Below the pieces are notes generated by a model. That model worked only from the letters and a program-made list of their open reading frames with translations. It was not told where the DNA came from and ran no database searches. A DNA stretch of 64,000 nucleotides, taken from Bacteroidaceae bacterium. Lineage in GTDB: Bacteria > Bacteroidota > Bacteroidia > Bacteroidales > Bacteroidaceae. The DNA lies in NCBI GenBank assembly GCA_017936265.1, contig JAGBFX010000025.1, forward strand, positions 33,427 through 97,426, given 5' to 3'. This document shows, piece after piece, positions 41,929 through 52,759 of the stretch. How positions within the stretch are numbered: the stretch's first letter is position 1; each line of letters opens with the position of its first letter. The position numbers and the translations under genes are program-made.

Positions 41929-41963
41929 CGAAAGAGGACAAGCTGACCGCTTGTCCTCTTTCG
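41929..41963 (-). terminator. Intrinsic terminator after obg
   Basis: Perfect 15-bp stem cgaaagaggacaagc / gcttgtcctctttcg with loop tgacc, 58 nt downstream of the obg stop. Confidence 0.7.
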
Positions 41964-42020
41964 TATATTGCCACGTCGCTTTACCACTGAAAGCAGGCGC
42001 CGACAACCTTCGTACATGTC

Positions 42021-43181
42021 TCACTCCTCATCAAAGTCAAACTCATCGTAGCCGAGGTCTTCATCTTCTGCATCAAAGGCCTCATCCTCGAAATCAGGTT
42101 CCCAATCGGCAAAATCGGCAGCAAGCATTTTGCGGTCATAGTTTCTATGTACAAGTTCCTCGCGCCTCACAGCTGCCAAGCGATTCTCCTCACTATTGAG
42201 TTCATTCCAGAGAATATCCTTAAGCTCTTGGATACCCTCGCCTGTAGGCGCCGAGATGAACACGTGTGGAATACCCTCGGGAAGATTCTCCGAAAGCATC
42301 TCCTTCAACTCTTCATCGATGAGATCACATTTCGTGATTGCAAGCACACGCTGTTTATCGAGCATCTCAGGATTAAAGGTTGCAAGCTCATTGAGAAGAA
42401 CCTCGTACTCCTTCTTTATATCATCGGCATCGGCCGGCACCATGAAGAGCAGCAATGAATTACGTTCGATATGGCGCAGGAAACGCAATCCAAGACCCTT
42501 GCCTTGGCTTGCACCCTCGATGATACCCGGAATATCGGCCATGACAAAGGACTTCCCGTCGCGGTATGACACAATACCTAGGTTCGGCTCAAGCGTCGTG
42601 AAAGGATAGTTCGCGATCTTGGGCTTTGCCGCTGAGACAGATGATAGCAGCGTAGACTTTCCTGCATTAGGGAAGCCCACAAGACCCACATCGGCAAGAA
42701 GTTTAAGTTCAAGCGTCACCGTCATCTCCTGCATAGGTTCACCGGGCTGAGCAAAACGCGGAGCCTGACGGGTAGCTGTAGCAAAATGCACGTTGCCCAG
42801 ACCTCCGCGACCGCCTTTGAGCAGGGTTACAAGCTGACCATCCTCCATGACATCGCACAGGAACTCGCCTGTCTCGGCATTGTATGCTACTGTGCCGCAT
42901 GGAACATCAACAATTTTACTCTCACCGTCGGCGCCTGTACTCTTGTTTATTCCGCCATTCTGACCGTTACCGGCGAATATATGACGCTGGTATTTCAGAT
43001 GCAACAGCGTCCAGTAGTTCCTGTTTCCGCGCAGGATGATGTCACCGCCCTTGCCACCGTCACCTCCGTCAGGACCGCCATTGGGAATATATTTTGCACG
43101 GTGCAGATGCGCCATGCCTCTACCGCCCCTACCCGAGCGGCACACAATCTTTACATAATCTATAAAATTGGATTCTGCCAT
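42021..43181 (-). CDS. obg: GTPase Obg/CgtA
   Basis: ATG at 43181 ([12 protein letters not shown]...). It has the glycine-rich Obg fold ([13 protein letters not shown]), G1 GFPNAGKST, and an acidic C-terminal tail. Confidence 0.95.
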   Translation of the reverse strand: MAESNFIDYVKIVCRSGRGGRGMAHLHRAKYIPNGGPDGGDGGKGGDIILRGNRNYWTLLHLKYQRHIFAGNGQNGGINKSTGADGESKIVDVPCGTVAYNAETGEFLCDVMEDGQLVTLLKGGRGGLGNVHFATATRQAPRFAQPGEPMQEMTVTLELKLLADVGLVGFPNAGKSTLLSSVSAAKPKIANYPFTTLEPNLGIVSYRDGKSFVMADIPGIIEGASQGKGLGLRFLRHIERNSLLLFMVPADADDIKKEYEVLLNELATFNPEMLDKQRVLAITKCDLIDEELKEMLSENLPEGIPHVFISAPTGEGIQELKDILWNELNSEENRLAAVRREELVHRNYDRKMLAADFADWEPDFEDEAFDAEDEDLGYDEFDFDEE

Positions 43182-43329
43182 AATGTTGCTTTTAAACTGT
43201 AAAACAAATAATAGAAAAAGTTGTCGCACCTAACGTAGCGACAACCTTGTCAGACCTGCAGAAACGCACATGCGTTTCAACAATACACAAGCGTCACCGC
43301 ACATGGCAAATACCACGGCACCGACGCAA

Positions 43330-43902
43330 TTATATTCTGGAGTCTATTGCAGCAACAATATCGGCGAATATACGGTCAAGCTCGCCCGAGCCATTGATAT
43401 AGCAGTGCTTGCCGTCATTCTTGTACCACTCCTTGAGGGGAGATGTCTGCTCGTTATACACGACAAGGCGTTTCTTGATTGTCTCCTCATTGTCATCGGC
43501 ACGGCCTGAAAGCTGACCACGTTTCAGAAGACGGTCCATGAGTTCATCCTCGGGAACGTCAAGCTCAATCATGGCTGTGACATCCTGGCCACGGCTGTTG
43601 AGGAGAGCCTTCAATGCCTCTGCCTGAGCAATTGTACGCGGGAAACCGTCAAAGATGACACCCTTGCTACTGACAAGCTTGTCAAGCTTTGTTGCCAGAA
43701 TCTCAACCATCAGTTCATCGGGAATAAGCTGACCGTTGTCAATAAGCCCTTTGGCTACCATGCCGAGCTCCGAGCCTGCAGCAATCTCCGAACGGAGAAC
43801 ATCTCCGGTTGAGATATGGTCAAGACCGTACTTCTCGACAATTTTCTCACTCTGTGTGCCCTTACCGCTACCGGGAGCACCGAAAATTACAATATTAAGC
43901 AT
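43330..43902 (-). CDS. adk: Adenylate kinase
   Basis: MLNIVIFGAPGSGKGTQS... Confidence 0.96.
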   Translation of the reverse strand: MLNIVIFGAPGSGKGTQSEKIVEKYGLDHISTGDVLRSEIAAGSELGMVAKGLIDNGQLIPDELMVEILATKLDKLVSSKGVIFDGFPRTIAQAEALKALLNSRGQDVTAMIELDVPEDELMDRLLKRGQLSGRADDNEETIKKRLVVYNEQTSPLKEWYKNDGKHCYINGSGELDRIFADIVAAIDSRI

Positions 43903-43913
43903 CTTCTTAAAAA

Positions 43914-44450
43914 TTATTCAACGACATCATAAATATCGGGCAGATTGCGACCAAGACGGTCATAATCGAGACCGAAACCGACAATGAACCTGTCGGGAAT
44001 TGTAAACACGCCATATTTCACATCAACGGGAACCTTCAGACGCGCAGGCTTGACAAAGAGTGACGCAATCTGGACAGAAGCAGGCTCACGCGTACCGAGA
44101 GTCTCAAGCATATTCTGCATTGTATAGCCTGTATCGACGATATCCTCAATTATAATAACATCACGCCCTGCGATAGACTCCGTCAGACCCAACACCTCGC
44201 GTACTACACCTGTAGAATTGGTACCCTGATAAGATGAGAGCTTGACAAAAGAGATTTCGCATTCAATCTCGAGATTCTTGAGGAGTTCCGCAGCAAACAT
44301 GAAACAACCATTAAGCACACCTAACAAGACTGGGCGCTTACCGGCATAATCACGGTTTATCTCATCCGCCACCCTTTTGATTTCCTTGCAGATTTCCTCA
44401 TTTGTGATAGACCTTGAGAAGGTCTTATCATGCAGTTTTATAGTGTTCAT
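43914..44450 (-). CDS. hpt: Hypoxanthine phosphoribosyltransferase
   Basis: ATG at 44450 (MNTIKLHDKTF...). The PRPP motif is 'VIIIEDIVDTGYT'. Confidence 0.92.
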   Translation of the reverse strand: MNTIKLHDKTFSRSITNEEICKEIKRVADEINRDYAGKRPVLLGVLNGCFMFAAELLKNLEIECEISFVKLSSYQGTNSTGVVREVLGLTESIAGRDVIIIEDIVDTGYTMQNMLETLGTREPASVQIASLFVKPARLKVPVDVKYGVFTIPDRFIVGFGLDYDRLGRNLPDIYDVVE

Positions 44451-44706
44451 AAATGATTGGATTTGACACCGCACTACCCCAACATAGGATAGTTTCTACA
44501 AAAGTAGAACAAAGTTCTGAAAATTCAGCACTGAGGAGAGCATTTTTTAAGAGTTTTTGCAACAGAAAGGTGCACAGGAGAGCAAAAACCACCTTATAGA
44601 TAAGTTACCGCCGATTTTTGCTGAATTTTAGAAACAAATTTGTATCTTCGCACCATAAATTAGGGTAAAGTTGGCCCGCCAATCCCCGAAGAAAAACATT
44701 TATCAT

Positions 44707-45768
44707 ATGAAAAGAGTACTATTCCTACTTATAACGATGGCAACAATGAGTTGCTATGCACAGACCGAGGTCAGCGCATTCTCTACCGGCACTGGCGAAG
44801 GGGTAACATACTATCTGCCGGACACCAAGATTGGAATCAGGTTCTATGCGACCTGCATAAAACATATACCAGGAGAGTTCAGCCGCTACGCCGAGAGATA
44901 TCTGCGCATAAAGGATGCAATCAATAAAGCTGACAGCTACTGGGAACTTGACGGAGCCACCATAACAAGGAGCGGTGTGCCTAACCCTGACAAGATGTTT
45001 ACAATCAAGCTGAACAACAGCACTGCAAGCAACATCGTTCTTGACGAGCAAGGAGTTATCGCGGCAATAAACACGGTGCCACAGAAGCATACAGAGGAGG
45101 CTGCAGAGACATACATCAGCAACAGTCACCTTGACGCAGGCATGTACATGACAGAGGAGATGCTACAGGCCACATCAACCGCCAAAATGGCTGAACTTAC
45201 AGCAAGGGAAATATACGCCATACGCGAGAGCAAGCTGGCAATAACAAGAGGACAGGCCGAAAATATGCCCAATGACGGACAGGCGATGCAGCTGGTACTG
45301 AACGAGCTTGACAAGCAGGAACGCGCCCTAATGGAGATGTTCATCGGGCGCACTGATACTATAAAGCAGGAGTTCCGTATTGATATAATGCCTGTCGAGG
45401 AGCGTGATACCACAAAAGCCGTATTGCTGCGTTTCTCACGCAAGCTCGGCTTTGTAGGAAAGGACAACCTTGCCGGAGAGCCCGTATACTACAACCTCCG
45501 CGACCTCAAGAGCGTCAAACGCCCAACAGCCGAAGAATCGGCCAAGGCAAAGCCCATAAAGAAGGAAGGCGTATGCTACAACATTCCCGGCAAGGCCGAG
45601 GTTGAGATATACACGAGAACACGTAAACTTGCCAAGGAGGAGATTCCCGTGGCACAACTGGGAACCACAGAAATTCTGTCAAAGGCACTTTTCAACAAGA
45701 GCAACACTACAAAGGTGTTATTCGACACCGCAACAGGCGGAATCATAAGCATTGAGAAAAAGCAATAA
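44707..45768 (+). CDS. Secreted protein or lipoprotein of unknown function (DUF4831-like, name from memory)
   Basis: ATG at 44707 gives the signal peptide MKRVLFLLITMATMSCYAQ. No catalytic motif recognised. Confidence 0.5.
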   Translation: MKRVLFLLITMATMSCYAQTEVSAFSTGTGEGVTYYLPDTKIGIRFYATCIKHIPGEFSRYAERYLRIKDAINKADSYWELDGATITRSGVPNPDKMFTIKLNNSTASNIVLDEQGVIAAINTVPQKHTEEAAETYISNSHLDAGMYMTEEMLQATSTAKMAELTAREIYAIRESKLAITRGQAENMPNDGQAMQLVLNELDKQERALMEMFIGRTDTIKQEFRIDIMPVEERDTTKAVLLRFSRKLGFVGKDNLAGEPVYYNLRDLKSVKRPTAEESAKAKPIKKEGVCYNIPGKAEVEIYTRTRKLAKEEIPVAQLGTTEILSKALFNKSNTTKVLFDTATGGIISIEKKQ

Positions 45769-45795
45769 AGTATAATAATAAAGAAAGATATTGAG

Positions 45796-47115
45796 ATGTT
45801 TGAAAACCTAAGCGAGCGGATAGAACGCTCATTGAAGATACTTAAAGGAGAAGGACGTATCACAGAAGTAAACGTTGCAGAGACCCTTAAAGACGTGCGC
45901 AAGGCACTTCTTGATGCCGACGTGAACTACAAGGTCGCAAAGACTTTTACCGATACCGTAAAGAACAAGGCCATCGGCCAGAATGTGTTGACATCTGTCC
46001 ACCCTAGCCAGCTGATGGTCAAGATTGTCCATGATGAACTCACGACGCTCATGGGCGGCGAGACAGCCGAGATAAACTACGAGGGACACCCTGCCGTCAT
46101 CCTGATGTCAGGTCTTCAGGGTAGCGGTAAGACAACGTTCTCATCGAAGCTCGCCAACTACCTGAAGAAAAAGAAGAACCGCAACCCGTTGCTTGTGGCA
46201 TGCGACGTATACCGTCCGGCAGCTATCGACCAGCTGAATGTTCTCGGCGAGAGCATCGAGGTACCCGTATACAGCGAGCCCGAGAGCAAGGACCCTGTAC
46301 AGATTGCCTTGAACGCCATCAAAGAGGCGAAGGCAAAGAACTACAACCTTGTAATCATCGATACTGCAGGACGTCTCGCAATCGACGAGGCGATGATGAA
46401 GGAGATTGCTGCAATCAAGGAGGCTGTAAACCCCACCGAGACACTCTTTGTGGTTGACTCCATGACTGGTCAGGACGCCGTAAATACAGCCAAGGAGTTC
46501 AATGATCGCCTTGACTTCACAGGCGTCATACTCACAAAACTTGACGGCGATACACGCGGTGGTGCGGCACTCTCTATCCGCACTGTCGTGAACAAGCCCA
46601 TCAAGTTTATAGGTACCGGCGAAAAGATGGAAGCCATTGACCAGTTCCACCCCAGCCGTATGGCCGACCGTATTCTGGGCATGGGCGACGTCGTTTCGCT
46701 TGTTGAGCGTGCACAGGAGCAGTTCGATGAGGAGCAGGCAAAGAAACTCCAGCGCAAGCTCGCACGCAACCAGTTCGACTTCAATGATTTCCTTGCACAG
46801 ATTGAGCAGATAAAGAAGATGGGAAACATCAAGGACCTGCTTGGCATGATTCCAGGAGTAGGCAAGGCTGTCAAGGACATGGACATTGATGACAACGCGT
46901 TCAAGAGCGTAGAGGCCATCATCCGTTCAATGACCCCCAAGGAGCGTGCGAACCCCGACATCATAAACAACTCACGCAAGGAGCGTATTGCACGAGGCAG
47001 CGGCACAACACTTCAGGAGGTCAACAAGCTCATGAAGCAGTTCGAGCAGATTCGCAAGACAATGAAGAGCGTTGCCGGAGGCAAGTTCCCCGGAATGCCC
47101 GGAATGAGAAGATAA
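45796..47115 (+). CDS. ffh: Signal recognition particle protein Ffh
   Basis: 439 aa with 'GLQGSGKTT', 'DTAGR', 'TKLDGD' and a Met-rich C-terminal domain. Confidence 0.96.
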   Translation: MFENLSERIERSLKILKGEGRITEVNVAETLKDVRKALLDADVNYKVAKTFTDTVKNKAIGQNVLTSVHPSQLMVKIVHDELTTLMGGETAEINYEGHPAVILMSGLQGSGKTTFSSKLANYLKKKKNRNPLLVACDVYRPAAIDQLNVLGESIEVPVYSEPESKDPVQIALNAIKEAKAKNYNLVIIDTAGRLAIDEAMMKEIAAIKEAVNPTETLFVVDSMTGQDAVNTAKEFNDRLDFTGVILTKLDGDTRGGAALSIRTVVNKPIKFIGTGEKMEAIDQFHPSRMADRILGMGDVVSLVERAQEQFDEEQAKKLQRKLARNQFDFNDFLAQIEQIKKMGNIKDLLGMIPGVGKAVKDMDIDDNAFKSVEAIIRSMTPKERANPDIINNSRKERIARGSGTTLQEVNKLMKQFEQIRKTMKSVAGGKFPGMPGMRR

Positions 47116-47170
47116 CATTGAACTGAAAGCGGAAAACTGTGGGGTTAAAGACACAAAACCACAACCGCCT

Positions 47171-47205
47171 GATTTCACATTTCAGCTTTCACATTTAACC
47201 TTTTA
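47171..47205 (+). repeat. 7-nt-phased heptad array (TTTCA/TTTAA type) in the folD leader
   Basis: gatttca catttca gctttca catttaa cctttta, 5 units, ending 12 nt before the folD ATG. Confidence 0.8.
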
Positions 47206-47217
47206 AAGCCATACACT

Positions 47218-48099
47218 ATGCAGATTATTGATGGAAAGGCCGTTGCGGCAGCAATAAAGAAAGAGATTGCAGCAGAGGTTGGGAATATCATCGCCAACGG
47301 AGGCAAGCGTCCTCATCTGGCAGCCATACTCGTGGGACACGACGGTGGCAGCGAGACCTATGTAGCCAACAAAGTGAAAGCCTGCGAAGAGTGCGGCTTT
47401 ACATCCACCCTCATCCGATACGAGGCCGATGTCACCGAGGAGGAGCTGCTTGCAAAGGTGGCCGAGCTGAACAACGACAACGATGTTGACGGATTCATAG
47501 TACAGCTCCCTTTGCCTAAGCATATCGATGAGCAGAAGATTACAGAGGCTATCGACTACCGTAAGGATGTCGACGGGTTCCACCCCGTGAATGCCGGTCG
47601 CCTTACCATAGGATTGCCGTGCTTCCTTTCGGCAACACCCAACGGCATAATGGAGCTCCTCGCACGCTACAACATCGATACCAAAGGCAAAAAATGTGTT
47701 GTCCTTGGACGCAGCAACATCGTTGGTAAGCCGATGGCTAACCTGATGATGCAAAAACAGATACCCGGAGACGCCACTGTAACGGTATGCCACAGTCACA
47801 CCGAGAATATCGCCGAGGAGTGCCGCCGTGCCGACATCATCATTGCGGCATTGGGACAGCCACATTTCCTAAAGGCCGACATGGTCAAGGAGGGAGCAGT
47901 TGTCATTGACGTGGGCACCACACGCGTACCCGACGCCACACGCAAGAGCGGTTTCCGTCTATGCGGCGACGTGGACTACGACAATGTAGCGCCCAAATGC
48001 TCATACATTACCCCCGTACCCGGAGGTGTAGGCCCGATGACAATCGTATCACTCATGAAAAACACATTGCTCGCAGGCAAGCGTGAAATCTACAAGTAA
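47218..48099 (+). CDS. folD: Bifunctional methylenetetrahydrofolate dehydrogenase/cyclohydrolase
   Basis: [17 protein letters not shown]... with '[14 protein letters not shown]' and '[10 protein letters not shown]'. Confidence 0.96.
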   Translation: MQIIDGKAVAAAIKKEIAAEVGNIIANGGKRPHLAAILVGHDGGSETYVANKVKACEECGFTSTLIRYEADVTEEELLAKVAELNNDNDVDGFIVQLPLPKHIDEQKITEAIDYRKDVDGFHPVNAGRLTIGLPCFLSATPNGIMELLARYNIDTKGKKCVVLGRSNIVGKPMANLMMQKQIPGDATVTVCHSHTENIAEECRRADIIIAALGQPHFLKADMVKEGAVVIDVGTTRVPDATRKSGFRLCGDVDYDNVAPKCSYITPVPGGVGPMTIVSLMKNTLLAGKREIYK

Positions 48100-49219
48100 C
48101 TTGAAAAGAGCTCTTTTTACACTTTTTGCATATTGCGTGGCAGCATCCGCTGTCGCGCAATATATTCCTACGACCATACAGAAGGTCAACCTGCTCTTTG
48201 CCGGCGACATCATGCAGCACGAGGCACAACTGAAAGCCGCAAGAAGTGAGAAAGGAGTATACAGCTACAGCGACAACTGGCGCCATATAAAAGGTACGAT
48301 AAGCGCGGCCGACATCGCTGTCGGCAACCTTGAGACGCCCATCGGAAGAAGCGGTTTCAGCGGCTATCCTTCGTTCTGCGCCCCCGACAGTTTCCTATAT
48401 GCAACAGTCAATGCCGGTTTCGACGTGCTGCTCTTTGCGAACAACCACTGCCTGGACAAAGGCAAGGGCACAGCCCTATACACGCTCGACATGATGGACT
48501 CGCTTGGGATAGCCCACTGCGGTGTATACCGTAACAAGGAGGACCGCAACAAGCGTTACCCGCTTCTGATAGAGAAAAAAGGAGTACGCATTGCACTGCT
48601 TAACTACACCTACGGCACTAACGGCAGAGAGGTGCCGGCGCCATTGGTAGTGAACCTCATTGACAAGGAGACCATTTCGAAGGACATCGCCGATGCAAGA
48701 TGCATGAATGCTGATGTCATAATAGCCTGCATGCATTGGGGCGACGAGTATGTGAGTCTGCCACCGCAAAGGATAAAGGAGTTGAGCCGTTGGCTCATCG
48801 AGCAGGGAGTAGACCACATAATCGGCAACCACCCGCATGTGATTCAACCCATCGAGCTACATTTCGATGAGAAAGAGTGCAAGAGAAGCACTGTTGTCTA
48901 CTCCACAGGCAACCTGCTGTCGAACATGTCGTTGAGGCGCACAGATGGAGGAATGATAGTCAGCATGGAACTGACAAGGATTCTGAACTACACCCGTGTA
49001 TCATCGCTCGGATATATACTTACATGGATTGCCCCGAAGAAGAGCAACGGCAGCCGCGACTTCACAATCTACCCCGCAGCCACTACCGCCATTATCGGGA
49101 ACAACCACGCAAGACAGAAGTTGCAGCAATTCCTAGAAGACAGCCGCGCATTGCTTGAAAAGCACAACAAGGGCAGTATAAAAGAGATTACCACCGACTC
49201 GGTCACACTCACTCCCTAA
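48083..49219 (+). CDS. CapA family (PGA_cap metallophosphatase-like) protein
   Basis: GTG start and a signal peptide. '[10 protein letters not shown]', 'GNLETP' and 'HWGDEY' are typical of the CapA family. Confidence 0.75.
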   Translation: MKSTSNLKRALFTLFAYCVAASAVAQYIPTTIQKVNLLFAGDIMQHEAQLKAARSEKGVYSYSDNWRHIKGTISAADIAVGNLETPIGRSGFSGYPSFCAPDSFLYATVNAGFDVLLFANNHCLDKGKGTALYTLDMMDSLGIAHCGVYRNKEDRNKRYPLLIEKKGVRIALLNYTYGTNGREVPAPLVVNLIDKETISKDIADARCMNADVIIACMHWGDEYVSLPPQRIKELSRWLIEQGVDHIIGNHPHVIQPIELHFDEKECKRSTVVYSTGNLLSNMSLRRTDGGMIVSMELTRILNYTRVSSLGYILTWIAPKKSNGSRDFTIYPAATTAIIGNNHARQKLQQFLEDSRALLEKHNKGSIKEITTDSVTLTP

Positions 49220-49826
49220 TGAACCGTTTGCCATCCCAACGATATGTGAGCACACGCAACAGCGGAGCAACCACCGCTGCGTCATCGACGTTCATATAAG
49301 CCGACATCGTATACTCGGCCTTGAGAGTTACTTTATCGTGGGAGAAAGAATACCTTACAAGGTATATATCGCACCGCTCTGCATAGCGCTCCGCACTGTC
49401 TGCCGACAAAAAGAAATCAGCTATCGCAGGCTCCTCGAAAAACGCCTCGGCATCAAGCCTGTTCCACCTACTGTCATAGAACAGCAGACGGCTGTCAGCA
49501 GCCTCGGCCTCTACTCCTTTTATCATGCATATGAGCGTATCGCCGGCTAAAGGAAAGAGCTTCGCCTCGCACCATGATGAAGAAGAGGCCTGCATATAGA
49601 AATAATCGTCTGTCAACTTCTTCAAGCTACTTGTTCCATCCAGACGGTTTGTCACACGCGCCTCCATACCGGCATCAATATAGTCAATGCAGTCGGCACG
49701 GTTACTCTTCGTAAGCAACGGGAAAATCTCATCGGGAGCATTCAGGAAGAGCGAACGCATATCCTGTGCCGCGCCCTGAAGGGCACAGCATACGACAGCA
49801 ATCAATATAAACAGAAACTTTTTCAT
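49209..49826 (-). CDS. Secreted protein of unknown function (DUF3256-like, name from memory)
   Basis: Signal peptide MKKFLFILIAVVCCALQGAAQ. Its end converges with capA with an 11-nt overlap. Confidence 0.5.
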   Translation of the reverse strand: MKKFLFILIAVVCCALQGAAQDMRSLFLNAPDEIFPLLTKSNRADCIDYIDAGMEARVTNRLDGTSSLKKLTDDYFYMQASSSSWCEAKLFPLAGDTLICMIKGVEAEAADSRLLFYDSRWNRLDAEAFFEEPAIADFFLSADSAERYAERCDIYLVRYSFSHDKVTLKAEYTMSAYMNVDDAAVVAPLLRVLTYRWDGKRFIRE

Positions 49827-50722
49827 CTTGAGCCCAAATATAGGAATAATAATCCGATTATTATCAAAACTAGGTCAACAGCCTTGCTTTTGAGGTTCTT
49901 TTCGTGCAGCAGGAACGCGCCGAACGCAAAAGAGACAACGACACTGCCGCGACGTATCATGGAGACAACTGCAATTAGCGCTCCCTCCTGCGCCAGAGAA
50001 GAGAAATAGCAGAAGTCGGCAACTCCAAGGAAAAGCGATATCATGGGAATAGACCAGCGCCAATGGAACCTGCGTTCACGTTGCGAAGGCAGGAATGCAT
50101 TGAGTAACAACGCAATGAATCCCATGAGCAGACACTGGTAGAGATTGAACCACGACTGCACCAGCACAGGTTCGAGCCGACGCATCAGGAACTTGTCATA
50201 AAGGGCACTGACAGCGCCGAATATTGCTGCAAGAACCACGAAAGCCACCCAACGGTTGCTCACGAAATCTATACCCTCACGCTTGCCGCTACGGCTCAGC
50301 AGAAAGACCGAAAGTATCGCTATTATGACACCGATCCACTGGTAAAGGTTCAGCGACTCTCCGAAAAGCAGCAAGGCGCCAAGCAGTACAATCACAGGGC
50401 GCGTCGACTGGATGGGCGAAACAATGGTTATCGGCAGATGCTTTATGCCCAGATAGCCGCATAACCACGAACTGAGGACAATGACAGCCTTGAGCACAAG
50501 GAGGAGATGCGTCTCGGCACCCACACGCGGCACATAGAAAGCACCATCCGAAATTACACCCGCACGCGACAGGATTATAAAAGGAGCGAACAGGAGTGCC
50601 GAAAAAAGGGTATTGAGGAAAAGTACAGCTATGACTGAATTATCCTTCAGCGATACCTTCTTGAAGAAGTCGTAGCAGCCAAGCAGCGCCGCCGACATGA
50701 AAGCAAGCAGTACCCACATCAT
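49823..50722 (-). CDS. EamA/DMT family transporter
   Basis: 299 aa with a 10-TM pattern in two halves. Confidence 0.75.
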   Translation of the reverse strand: MMWVLLAFMSAALLGCYDFFKKVSLKDNSVIAVLFLNTLFSALLFAPFIILSRAGVISDGAFYVPRVGAETHLLLVLKAVIVLSSWLCGYLGIKHLPITIVSPIQSTRPVIVLLGALLLFGESLNLYQWIGVIIAILSVFLLSRSGKREGIDFVSNRWVAFVVLAAIFGAVSALYDKFLMRRLEPVLVQSWFNLYQCLLMGFIALLLNAFLPSQRERRFHWRWSIPMISLFLGVADFCYFSSLAQEGALIAVVSMIRRGSVVVSFAFGAFLLHEKNLKSKAVDLVLIIIGLLFLYLGSR

Positions 50723-51468
50723 AGGAATATTCCGCTTGGATATTTTACCTCCATGAGAAAGAGAGCCTCTCCCATGGCCGAGTCACCGGCCTCACCACGT
50801 GCCTTGTTCTCAATTACCGCACGGAAGCCGTCAAGAGTCATCTTGCCCCTACCGACAAGCAGCAGTGTACCCACAATGGCACGCACCATGTTACGCAGGA
50901 AGCGGTCTGCCTCAATCTCAAAGACCCACTCATGCTCCCCTACTCTGCGCCATGCGGCATACGTAACCTTGCAGTTGTTGGTCTTGACATCAGTATGCAG
51001 CTTGCTGAAACTGGTAAAATCACTATACTCATACAATATCTCCGCAGCACGGTTCATCGCCTCGAAATCGACCCCAGGAAGGACCCGACAGGCATAACGG
51101 CGGGCAAACGGAGACTTTACCGTCACCACGCGGTAGCTATACCTGCGCGACAATGCGTCGAAACGGGCATGGGCGTCACCCTTTACCCGACGCACGTCAC
51201 TGACTGCAATGTCGGGAGGAAGAATCTTGTTCAATTTGTATACAAGCTGGGCACAATCGACCTCAGAAGGGAAATCGCCATGTGCCACCATGCATGCAGC
51301 ATTTACTCCTGCATCAGTACGCCCCGCGCCGACAAGCGGCACAGGCTGCCGCACAAGCTTCGCAAGAGCCTCTTCAAGCACCTGCTGGACCGTAACGGCA
51401 TTAGGTTGCACCTGCCAACCATGATAGGCCGCCCCGTCATATGAGAAATATATGAAATAGCGGAACAT
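50719..51468 (-). CDS. truA: tRNA pseudouridine(38-40) synthase
   Basis: 'YFSYDGAAYHGWQVQPN' and 'GAGRTDAGVNA', which contains the catalytic Asp. Confidence 0.95.
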   Translation of the reverse strand: MFRYFIYFSYDGAAYHGWQVQPNAVTVQQVLEEALAKLVRQPVPLVGAGRTDAGVNAACMVAHGDFPSEVDCAQLVYKLNKILPPDIAVSDVRRVKGDAHARFDALSRRYSYRVVTVKSPFARRYACRVLPGVDFEAMNRAAEILYEYSDFTSFSKLHTDVKTNNCKVTYAAWRRVGEHEWVFEIEADRFLRNMVRAIVGTLLLVGRGKMTLDGFRAVIENKARGEAGDSAMGEALFLMEVKYPSGIFL

Positions 51469-52169
51469 CAGAGTTCATTCTTTAGCATGAATGTATGGCA
51501 ACCCACAAGACCAGCGGTCTCGGTGCGCAAACGCGAACTTCCGAGGCTCACTGGCCTATAGCCAGCCTTGACAGCCAATTCAACCTCCTCGGGGCTGAAA
51601 TCTCCCTCAGGACCTACAAGCAGCGTAACATCCTCGCCCAGCGGAAGCACATCTTTCAGCAGCACCCTCTCGCTGTCGTAGCAATGGGCAATGAACTTCG
51701 CCCCAGGACGCCCCGCAGTGACAAACTTGTTGAAATCGGTCATCTCCCCGACAACAGGTTTGCTGTACTTTAGCGACTGCTTCATTGCCGACACGACAAT
51801 GCGCTCCACACGCTCGGTCTTTATAACCTTACGCTCCGAGAAACGGCAGTTGAGGAATGTGATTGAATCAATGCCCACCTCGGTCGCTTTCTCGGCAAGC
51901 CACTCTATGCGGTCCATATTCTTTGTAGGAGCAATGGCAAGATGGAATGCTCCCTGCCAGTTCTTTGGTTTCACCACAGGCTCAGACGGCTGCACATAAC
52001 AATGTTTGCCAGCGATTGAAGCGACTTCTGTCACATACAGATTGCCGTTGCCGTCTGTAATCTCGAGCTTGCTGCCGACCGTAAGACGCAACACGCGCAG
52101 CGCATGGGCAGCCTCATCTTCCGAGAGCTCCCAGCTGCCGGCAATATCGGGAACATAGAACAGTGCCAT
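51468..52169 (-). CDS. rsmE: 16S rRNA (uracil1498-N3)-methyltransferase
   Basis: ATG at 52169 (MALFYVPDI...). 'HALRVLRL' and 'LLVGPEGDFSPEE' fit the RsmE family. Confidence 0.88.
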   Translation of the reverse strand: MALFYVPDIAGSWELSEDEAAHALRVLRLTVGSKLEITDGNGNLYVTEVASIAGKHCYVQPSEPVVKPKNWQGAFHLAIAPTKNMDRIEWLAEKATEVGIDSITFLNCRFSERKVIKTERVERIVVSAMKQSLKYSKPVVGEMTDFNKFVTAGRPGAKFIAHCYDSERVLLKDVLPLGEDVTLLVGPEGDFSPEEVELAVKAGYRPVSLGSSRLRTETAGLVGCHTFMLKNEL

Positions 52170-52176
52170 ATAGTCC

Positions 52177-52749
52177 TTATTTTGTTTCTGTGTTATCATG
52201 TTCAGGCAAGGCTGAATGGCGTGAGTCAATCTCCTCCTTCAGTTTCATTGCCAGTTCATAGTTCTCTTCTTTGACAGCGTTCTCCATTGCGGCACGCAAA
52301 GTGCCCTCATCGGCTGCCGTTATGGGGATAGAGATAGCCCCGTTGTTCTCGCTGCGCACACACATACGGTTCAGGAGTTCCTCCTCAATGTATATAGGTA
52401 CTCCCGCACGCAAGGCAAGAGCTACCGCATCGCTTGTACGGGCATCGACATCCCTGGCCTCATCATTCTGCACACAATGCAGACGTGCCAGGAATGTACC
52501 GTCACAGATGTCATTGATAAGCACATACTCCATCGTTATCCCGAACTCATCCATAAACACCCCGAAAAGATCATGCGTCAAAGGGCGTTCAGTCTTGACT
52601 TCACGCATGGCGAAGGCAATGGCCTGAGCCTCGAGCAGCCCCAGCGCCACTATTATGCGGCGCCAGCCACCCTTCTCCTTGAGCATCAGCACATGAGCAC
52701 GATGGTCGGAGACCTTGGACATTATATCATCAACTAAAAGCTCAACCAT
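52177..52749 (-). CDS. Bifunctional nuclease family protein (DUF151) with a C-terminal UVR-like helix
   Basis: ATG at 52749. 'IVALGLLEAQAIA', 'RPLTHDL' and 'DARTSDAVALALR' are present, with 'EENYELAMKLKEEID' at the C-terminus. Confidence 0.8.
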   Translation of the reverse strand: MVELLVDDIMSKVSDHRAHVLMLKEKGGWRRIIVALGLLEAQAIAFAMREVKTERPLTHDLFGVFMDEFGITMEYVLINDICDGTFLARLHCVQNDEARDVDARTSDAVALALRAGVPIYIEEELLNRMCVRSENNGAISIPITAADEGTLRAAMENAVKEENYELAMKLKEEIDSRHSALPEHDNTETK

Positions 52750-52759
52750 GCGACATCCC

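Noticed and set aside
41737-42199. Two small plus-strand ORFs (61 and 110 aa) in the rpsL-obg intergenic region
   Set aside because: They are AT-rich and low-complexity. They overlap the obg terminator and the obg 3' end, and no homology was recognised. The region is better explained as the rpsL promoter and leader.
47203-47865. 220-aa ORF antisense to folD
   Set aside because: It is a shadow ORF opposite a highly conserved gene. Its composition is Cys/Leu/Val-rich and it carries no motifs.
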